Shown here one piece after another: positions 28,520 to 36,000 of a stretch of DNA of 64,000 nucleotides (positions are counted from its first letter, which is position 1; the number at the start of each line of letters is the position of its first letter). The stretch comes from Bacteroidota bacterium (lineage in GTDB: Bacteria > Bacteroidota > Bacteroidia > Bacteroidales > F082), in assembly GCA_023396415.1 (NCBI GenBank), contig JAEWWJ010000114.1, positions 4,116 through 68,115 of the forward strand. Direction: 5' to 3'. Position numbers and translations under genes: made by a program. Below the pieces are notes generated by a model that made no database searches, was not told the DNA's origin, and saw only the letters and a list, made by a program, of their open reading frames with translations.

Positions 28520-28894
28520 ATGAAAGAAAATATGAGAAAACTTACTTTTTTAACTGTTATAACGCTTCTTTTTGCTTTTTCGTCATGTAAAAAAGACACT
28601 CCCGAACCTGCTCAAACACTTCCTTCTAATATGAATGAGATGGTTGTCCCGCAAGGCTTTGATTGGAAAACATCCAAAAGCTTTGAGATTGTCATCACTG
28701 CTTCGGAAGGCGGCATTGTGGAAGCCGGCTCCACCGATGGAAGGAGCTACCAACGTGCTTATTTGAAAGCCAATCAACCTTACACCATGAAACTGAGTGT
28801 TCCTACGTATGAAAAAAAGTTGGTTCTCAGTTTTGCAGGCCAGCAAACCATTTTAGAGCTTACAACACAACAACTCAACCATCGTTTTCAATAA
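28520..28894 (+). CDS. Small lipoprotein, LruC-locus-associated paralog 1
   Basis: Lipobox LFAFSSC. It aligns along its full length with the 31673 and 32675 products (NMNEMVVPQGFDWKTSKSF..., YQRAYL, YTMKLSVPTYEKK). The start may be ATG 28532 (MRKLTF). Confidence 0.8.
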   Translation: MKENMRKLTFLTVITLLFAFSSCKKDTPEPAQTLPSNMNEMVVPQGFDWKTSKSFEIVITASEGGIVEAGSTDGRSYQRAYLKANQPYTMKLSVPTYEKKLVLSFAGQQTILELTTQQLNHRFQ

Positions 28895-28921
28895 CATTTT
28901 CTTAACCAGCAATAAATAACT

Positions 28922-31369
28922 ATGAAATATACAACATTCACTTACGCACTTAGTCTATTCATCGCATTGACATTTGGCACTCAAACCCATGCGCAAGAAT
29001 ACCTTCGGGTTTATACCAGCGCCCCCGGAACGATGTTTTCCAACGTCACGGGCAACACACTGATCACTGAAAATTTCTCCGGCTTCACCATTCCCAACAC
29101 CAGTTGGGCACCGCTACCCGGCGGCTACACCTCGGCGCTGGGCACCTACTACCAAACAGGTGGACAATCGTATGTTAAAGCCGACGATCAATATGGCGCA
29201 GGCCAAGGCAAATACATGTCAATTAAAGTAGGTGGAACAGTTAAGCTTAACTTTACCAATCCCAAACAGTATTTTGGTTTTGCTTGGCCTGCTGGCGATG
29301 GTAAAAACACCATTAAAATTATCCGTAGCGGACAAGTAATTGGAACTTTCACCACCAATAACGTTATTGCACAGTTGCCCAACAATGCCAGCAATTCAGT
29401 TACTGCTATCAACGGGTCGGTCTATACCACAAACCAATTTTATGGCAAACCCGGCACCGGCCAAAACGCCAACGAGCCTTATGCCTATTTGCATTTTCTC
29501 TCCTCACCCGGATTGATGTTCGATGCCGTTGAACTCTCGATGGGTGCCGGTGGCGAATTTGAAAACGACAACCACACTGTACTTATTGATGGCGCCCCCA
29601 TTTTGCAAGGCGACTGGGTAGAATTGATTTCTATTGTAACCCCAACGGCTGCCAACGACAGTAAAGTTGGCCTTTTTGGCGCAGCGGTAACACTCGATGT
29701 TTTAAGCAACGATACGCCCGGCGATGCCGCTTTGATTCCCGGAAGTGTTCAAATTGACGGAACAACAACCGCAGCTTCACCGCTTAACGTTGCAGGCGAA
29801 GGCGTTTGGAGCGTCAATTCCATTACCGGAGCCATCACCTTTACACCCGAAGTAGGTTTCATAGGCAATCCTACACCAATAAAATATTTCGTAAAAGACG
29901 CGAACAACTTCGCCTCTAACTTGGCAACCGTTACGGTAACCTATCCCATTCCGCCAACAGCTGTTGATAACACTGCAAGCACAGATATGAACGTTCCGGT
30001 TGACATCAATGTTTTGGCCAACGATATGGAAGGCAGCAGCGCCCTAGATCCAACAACGGTTACTTTCGTTGCCGGAACAACGCCTAATCCAACAACTGTA
30101 GGCACTTTTACCGCTGATCCACTGACCGGATTGGTAACCTTTACGCCAGCATTTGGTTTTACCGGAATTGCCACCGTTGACTATCGCATTTGCGACGTGG
30201 CAGGCAATTGCGCAATCGCCACCATCACCGTAACCGTAAATACCGTCAGTGGCCCTACCGCCAACGATGACAGCGCCATAACCCTCGTCAACACGCCTGT
30301 TGATATTGATGTGTTGGACAACGACACTCCAGGAGCTGTTGCTCTAGACCCCACTTCAATCACTTTTATCCCTGCCACAGCTCCCAATCCAACAACGGAA
30401 GGAATATTTACTGTTGATCCCTTATCGGGAGTGGTTACCTTCACTCCTGTAAATGGATTTTTGGGAGTGGTTTCCATTGATTACAGCGTTTGCGACCTGA
30501 ATGGATTGTGCCATATAGCCACCATTACTGTGAATGTAATCGTTGGTTTAACCAACCTCTATCCTGCCTTAGGCCCCGGCACACTTGCCTTCGAAGACCT
30601 CTGGCCAGGCAAAGGTGATTATGATTTTAACGATATGGTGATTGATTATCAGTTTAAAATTATTTCCAACCTATCGAACAACGTAGATGAAATTACCGGC
30701 ACATTTGTTCTCAAAGCTTTTGGCGCCTCCTTTGAAAACGGCTTTGGCTTCCAATTGGCCGATGGTATTGACCCCAACGATGTAACCGTTACAGGAACCG
30801 GTCTCACCGAAAACATCATTACCCTCAACCCAAGCGGCACTGAGGCCGGACAAACGAAAGCAACCATTATTGTTTTTGACAATGCTTTCGCCCATATGCC
30901 CCATCCCGGAATTGGAATAGGTGTAAACACAACCCCAGGCGCACCTTATGTAGCTCCGGTAACATTCACCGTGAAAATGGTTTTTAAACCCAATACCTAT
31001 AGCTACAACGATTTGGCTATTGGCAGCTTTAATCCTTTCCTTATTGTGAACAAAGTGCGCGGCCACGAAGTGCACCTTCCAAATGATGAACCGACCGACC
31101 TTGCCGATCTATCTTTGTTCGGACAATGGGAAGACAACAGCGATCCCGCAAACGGAAAATATTACATCACTGTGTTGAACCACCCTTGGGCGATCAACAT
31201 TTATGAAAAATTTGATTATCCCATCGAAAAACAAGATATCCTCGGCGTTCACCTGAAATTTGCTGAATGGGCTACCAGCAGCGGGGTGCTTTTCCCTGAT
31301 TGGTACAAAAACATTTCAGGATACCGCAACGAAGCACTGATATACGAAATTCCATCTACTACGCCATAA
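28922..31369 (+). CDS. Secreted surface protein with three cadherin/CshA-like repeats and a C-terminal LruC-type domain
   Basis: 815 aa with signal peptide MKYTTFTYALSLFIALTFGTQTHAQ. There are three ~100 aa repeats (..VD..A.T..N.PV.I.VL.ND....ALDP..V.F......P.T.G.FT.DP..G.VTFTP..GF.G...). The LruC-type region follows: LAFEDLWPGKGDYDFNDMVIDYQFK...NPFLIVNKVRGHEVHLPN...HPWAINIYEKFDYPIEKQDI...HLKFAEWATSSG. No T9SS CTD is present. Confidence 0.85.
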   Translation: MKYTTFTYALSLFIALTFGTQTHAQEYLRVYTSAPGTMFSNVTGNTLITENFSGFTIPNTSWAPLPGGYTSALGTYYQTGGQSYVKADDQYGAGQGKYMSIKVGGTVKLNFTNPKQYFGFAWPAGDGKNTIKIIRSGQVIGTFTTNNVIAQLPNNASNSVTAINGSVYTTNQFYGKPGTGQNANEPYAYLHFLSSPGLMFDAVELSMGAGGEFENDNHTVLIDGAPILQGDWVELISIVTPTAANDSKVGLFGAAVTLDVLSNDTPGDAALIPGSVQIDGTTTAASPLNVAGEGVWSVNSITGAITFTPEVGFIGNPTPIKYFVKDANNFASNLATVTVTYPIPPTAVDNTASTDMNVPVDINVLANDMEGSSALDPTTVTFVAGTTPNPTTVGTFTADPLTGLVTFTPAFGFTGIATVDYRICDVAGNCAIATITVTVNTVSGPTANDDSAITLVNTPVDIDVLDNDTPGAVALDPTSITFIPATAPNPTTEGIFTVDPLSGVVTFTPVNGFLGVVSIDYSVCDLNGLCHIATITVNVIVGLTNLYPALGPGTLAFEDLWPGKGDYDFNDMVIDYQFKIISNLSNNVDEITGTFVLKAFGASFENGFGFQLADGIDPNDVTVTGTGLTENIITLNPSGTEAGQTKATIIVFDNAFAHMPHPGIGIGVNTTPGAPYVAPVTFTVKMVFKPNTYSYNDLAIGSFNPFLIVNKVRGHEVHLPNDEPTDLADLSLFGQWEDNSDPANGKYYITVLNHPWAINIYEKFDYPIEKQDILGVHLKFAEWATSSGVLFPDWYKNISGYRNEALIYEIPSTTP

Positions 31370-31402
31370 GGCACAGGGTGGACCAGCCAAACGACTAAGC
31401 TA

Positions 31403-31437
31403 AATTCCCCGGTTTCTTTGCAAGAGATCGGGGGATT
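31403..31437 (+). terminator. Intrinsic terminator after the 815 aa LruC gene
   Basis: AATTCCCCG ... CGGGGGATT forms a 9-bp stem (one G-U pair) followed by TTTTCATTTT. Confidence 0.6.
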
Positions 31438-31537
31438 TTCATTTTACCCATGCAATTATTGCCTACTTTTGATGCAACTACACAAACAAAAACGGTAGCT
31501 CATACAAACAGAATACAAATCTACTTTTTATAACTTG

Positions 31538-31559
31538 TCCATTTTTTGGAATTTATTCC
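31538..31559 (+). promoter_or_regulatory. Composite inverted repeat TCC-N7-GGAAT-TT-ATTCC upstream of lipoprotein paralog 2
   Basis: TCC ATTTTTT GGAAT TT ATTCC. The GGAAT is 125 nt upstream of ATG 31673. TTTTGGAATTTATTC is identical to 51445..51459. Confidence 0.5.
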
Positions 31560-31627
31560 TAATTATGCATTTTCAAATAAGATTTATTTTTTTTATTTGC
31601 CTTAATATCAATGTTTTAAATAAAATT

Positions 31628-31635
31628 TAGGTTTG
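31628..31635 (+). promoter_or_regulatory. Bacteroidota -7 promoter box (TAGGTTTG)
   Basis: Exact TAnnTTTG, 38 nt upstream of ATG 31673. It overlaps a weaker -24/-12-like string, TTGGCATCATTTTGG. Confidence 0.45.
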
Positions 31636-31672
31636 GCATCATTTTGGAATAAGTAGATAAAACGCAAACATT

Positions 31673-32035
31673 ATGAAAAAGATCGCATTGTTACTGACCA
31701 TAGGATTTGCCCTTACCTTTACCTCATGTAAAAAAGACAAGGTAGAAAATCCTGTAAGCAAACCCAACACCATGGAGGAATTGCAAGTGCCTGCCAGTTT
31801 CAACTGGAAAACCACAAAAGACATCAGCCTTACCCTCACCGGAAATGGCAATGGTTTGGTGGAGGTGGCCAACGCAACAGGCGTGGCTTACCAAAAAGCA
31901 TATCTGAGCAGCGGCGTGGCCTACACCATGAAGCTAACCGTCCCCAGCTACGAAAAGACTGTTCAACTTAAATTTCTCGGCCAAACCGCAAGTCTGGAAT
32001 TGACAGCCAATGTTCTGCAATACCAATTCAACTGA
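31673..32035 (+). CDS. Small lipoprotein, LruC-locus-associated paralog 2 (orphan, no large partner gene downstream)
   Basis: 120 aa with lipobox LTFTSC. It is roughly 55-60 percent identical by eye to the 32675 product (TMEELQVPASFNWKTT, YQKAYL, YTMKLTVPSYEK). Confidence 0.85.
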   Translation: MKKIALLLTIGFALTFTSCKKDKVENPVSKPNTMEELQVPASFNWKTTKDISLTLTGNGNGLVEVANATGVAYQKAYLSSGVAYTMKLTVPSYEKTVQLKFLGQTASLELTANVLQYQFN

Positions 32036-32148
32036 TCCACAACAAAGAGCAAAAGCTGTGCAGGTGTTCAATTGAGCTTTTCAGCTTCAACTGTGAAGGA
32101 AAAACGTTGACAAGGCGCATACTCAACCTCAGTAGAAAAAAATAGATT

Positions 32149-32182
32149 ACACCCGAAGCATTCATTCAAATGCTTCGGGTGT
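32149..32182 (+). terminator. Intrinsic terminator after orphan lipoprotein gene
   Basis: ACACCCGAAGCAT / tcattcaa / ATGCTTCGGGTGT forms a perfect 13-bp stem followed by TTTT. Confidence 0.8.
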
Positions 32183-32532
32183 TTTGCTTTATACCGCAAC
32201 ACAAATTCAGAAAAATTTTCGAGTGGTTGTCAGCCATGCATCTCAGATGTATAGAATCTTTATCCCTACCCTACCCAAAGCACGGAAAACATTTAACTTT
32301 GGACTTAGCAGCCATATCTTTCGAAGGTAGGCAATGAATTTGTTGTCGAAAATGTTTGCTAAAAAAATATTGACCTTGTCATAAGTGATTTACTTATAGC
32401 TACATTTGTGTTCAGTTTATCCAACATCACCAAAAAAACTCCTTTAGAACCAAAAAACTACCCTTCCCTACGGAATAAAATGTTGGCGCATAAAAAAGTT
32501 GAGCTAAAAAAGATATATATCACCAAATTTCG

Positions 32533-32554
32533 TCTATTTTTTGGAAATATTTCC
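32533..32554 (+). promoter_or_regulatory. Composite inverted repeat TCT-N7-GGAAA-TA-TTTCC upstream of lipoprotein paralog 3
   Basis: TCT ATTTTTT GGAAA TA TTTCC. The GGAAA is 132 nt upstream of ATG 32675. Its flanks align with the 31538 element (ATTTTTTGGAA). Confidence 0.5.
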
Positions 32555-32674
32555 GATTTTAGATTTGATATTTTATAGGATTATATTTTATAAGCATTTA
32601 TATATCAACTATATACGAATCATTATTTTTTTGGCACGATATTAGAACTCAACGAATTGAAAATATAAAAACCC

Positions 32675-33034
32675 ATGAAAAAAACCACATTATTCATCGC
32701 CTTAGGTTTCATTCTGGTTTTGAGTTCCTGTAAAAAGGAAACTCCTCAACAACCGGATAACAAACCAACCACCATGGAGGAGCTCAAGGTTCCGGCGAGC
32801 TTCAATTGGAAAACCACTTCGGATTACAACCTCACCCTCACCGCCAATGCCAACGGCATTGTAGAGGTGAACAACACCAATGGTGCCACCTATCAAAAAG
32901 CCTATCTCACCGCCGGGATACCTTATACGATGAAGGTTGTTGTACCATCATACGAAAAGAGTGTTAAATTAAAATTTAGCGGTTCGGAAACGGTGCTTAA
33001 CCTAACCACTTCCAACTTAAGCCATCAATTTTAA
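32675..33034 (+). CDS. Small lipoprotein, LruC-locus-associated paralog 3
   Basis: 119 aa with lipobox LVLSSC. It is a paralog of the 28520 and 31673 products and ends 32 nt before the 1916 aa gene. Confidence 0.85.
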   Translation: MKKTTLFIALGFILVLSSCKKETPQQPDNKPTTMEELKVPASFNWKTTSDYNLTLTANANGIVEVNNTNGATYQKAYLTAGIPYTMKVVVPSYEKSVKLKFSGSETVLNLTTSNLSHQF

Positions 33035-33066
33035 AAAGATTTATCATCCAAGAAAACCGCAATAGA

Positions 33067-36000
33067 ATGAAAACAAAAACGTCTATTCCAAAAAAAGAGC
33101 AGAAAATGATCAGTAGATCATTGCTAACCTCACTCATGATGGTCATCGTTTTAATCCTTTCGGGATTGAACGTTTCGGCACAACAGTCTTTTATTTTGAA
33201 CCTTCAGGGTCAAACCTTGAGTTTCAAAGAAGTCAACCGCACTATTCTTGTCAATACCGGTAATGCCGGAAAAAACCAAGGTTCTATTCATAAATACGCT
33301 AATGTCATCACCAAAGATGGGATAACAGTTTATGCAAAAATGACGATTAAGGAAGTTCAAAGTGCGTTTATCACCCTATTTGATGATGATGCCATCACCG
33401 GCGAAATCAATCGTTTTCAGCCAAGGATAGGCACAACAAGTAATAGCAGTGGAGGCTTTATAGTTTATGAACTTGAGTTTTTCAATACGGCCAATAACGC
33501 TTCCGTTTTTGTTTACAACTATAACCTTACAGGAATTGATATTGATGGCAATAACTCTGCAAACAGAGAATATGTTGAAGTAGGCGGATATACAAGTTAT
33601 ACTTTAAACAACCCTACAGGTTTGACGGTTACAACCAATAATGCTACCGGAAGAACACGCTTCACAGGTATAAGTTATAGTTTAAATGGAGTTACTTTTG
33701 ACAACAGTGCTGCATTTATTGCTAACTTCTTAAATGCCAACAATAAAATCTCTTTTGCCTTAGGTCAAACGAAAGCTAACGATGAAAGGTTTTATTCTGT
33801 TCAGTTAGGTGTTGCCGGCGGAGTTTTTTCAGATCCTGTGATTGTTAACAATCCACTTCCTATTGCAGTTGATGATGTTGGAACACCAGTTAACAGCAAT
33901 ACCGGAGGAACTGCTGTGAACAATGTTCTTACAAATGACTTATACAATGGCTCAGCTGTTGTGCCCTCACAAGTAATGATTTCATTGGTTTCTCCTGCAT
34001 CCAATGCCGGTATCGTTCTGAATACAAGCACCGGAAAAGTTACCGTTGCACCCGGTACTCCCGCCGGAGATTACGAGCTGATTTATAAAATATGTATGGT
34101 TGCAGCACCCTCCGATTGTGATATCGCCACTGTATTCGTTAAAGTTTTAGCAGCTGATTTAAGCGTAGTAAAAACAGCAAGTAGTTTAGCTCCTGTTGTG
34201 GGTTCAGATATCACCTTTACGATTACTGCCACTAACAATGGCCCCAGTTTGGCAACCGATGTTACGGTTAACGATGTGCTTCCAAACGGTTATACATTAG
34301 TGAGCGCAACTCCTTCAACCGGGACATGGTCAGCACCTAACTGGACGATAGGTGATATGGAAGACGATGCAAGTGCTACTTTAACCGTTGTGGCTACAGT
34401 GAAAGCTAGTGGTTCTTATGCAAATACAGCAAGTATTTCAGGAACTTCCTATGACCCAACTTCAAATAACAATTCAAGCACGGTAACGCCAGTCCCTGTT
34501 GCATCAGCAGATTTAGGCATCGCTAAAACTGCCAGCTCGTTAACACCGGCAGTTGGTTCAAACATCACTTTCACACTAACAGCTACCAATAATGGCCCAA
34601 GTGCTGCAACCGGGGTCAAAGTTGTGGATGCGTTGCCCAATGGATATACTTTTGTAAGCGCCACTACTTCAACCGGATCCTATACCGCCCCCAACTGGAA
34701 CATTGGCAACCTTGCATTGAGTGGAACTGCCACCTTAAATATTGTAGCTACTGTAAACGCAACAGGAACTTATCTTAATACAGCTACAATTAGCGGAGCA
34801 CAAACCGATCCTGTTTCGGGAAACAATACAAGCAGTATAACCCCCGTGCCTACCGCTGCTACCGATCTCGCAATTACGAAAACAGTCAACAATGCTGCTC
34901 CCGCAGTGGGAACAAATGTTACTTTTACACTATCCGTAGTGAACAACGGCCCTAGCGCCGCCACCGGAGTAAAAGTTGTTGATGCACTGCCCGCAGGATA
35001 TACTTATGTTAGTAACACTCCTTCAACCGGAACATGGTCGGGCTCAACTTGGACCATTGGTGCTTTAGCCAACGGCGCCACAGCAACCCTGGCACTCGTT
35101 GCAACTGTAAATGCTACAGGTCCTTATGCCAACTCTGCAACTGTTAGCGGTAGCCAAACCGATCCTACTCCGGGAAACAACACCGGTACTGCAACAACAG
35201 TTCCAGTAGGCGCTGCCGATCTTTCGATTACAAAAACTGTTAGTAACGCTTCTCCCAATGCAGGAACAAACGTTACCTTCACCCTAACAGCAAAAAATAA
35301 CGGCCCCAGCGCTGCCACCGGAGTAACTGTAAACGATGTTTTACCCTCAGGATATACCTTTGTAAGCGCAACGCCGTCAGCAGGCACATGGACTGCTCCC
35401 AACTGGGTTATCGGCAATTTGGCCAATGGAGCAACTGTTACCTTGAGTATTGTTGCTACTGTTAAAGCCACCGGAAATTATGACAATACCGCCACCATCA
35501 CCGGCAACCAAACCGATCCGGTTTCTACCAACAACAGCAGCACTGCCACCGTAACCCCTTCGGCTGTAGCTGATTTGGAAGTTACAAAAACAGTTAACAA
35601 CACCACTCCTGATGTTGGCTCTACAGTAACCTTTACCATTACTGCCAAAAACATTGGCCCCAGTACTGCCACCGGAGTGATTGTAAATGATGTGTTACCG
35701 GCAGGATTTTCCCTCACCGGTGCAACTGCAAGTGTTGGAACATGGACTGCTCCCAACTGGACTATCGGTAGCCTTGCCCTTAATGCTACTGCTACTTTGT
35801 CTATCACGGCCACAGTAAACGCCGCCGGCCCTTATGTGAACACAGCAACCATCACTGGTCAGCAACCCGATCCTAACACAGCAAACAACTCATCTCAAGC
35901 AACTTGTGTTCCTGTTGCTAAAGCTGATCTTTCGATTACAAAAACTGTCAACAGCAGTGCGCCTGTTGTCGGCACCAATGTTACCTTCACCTTAACGGCC

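Noticed and set aside
32632-32646. A firm call of sigma-54 promoters ahead of the lipoprotein genes (perfect TGGCACG at 32632).
   Set aside because: Only 2 of 5 sites have the canonical -12 TTGC (28500, 51538). The TTTGG strings can equally be the 3' end of the ordinary TAnnTTTG box, exact at 31628. A 7-mer like TGGCACG is expected several times by chance in 64 kb. I keep this as a hypothesis only.
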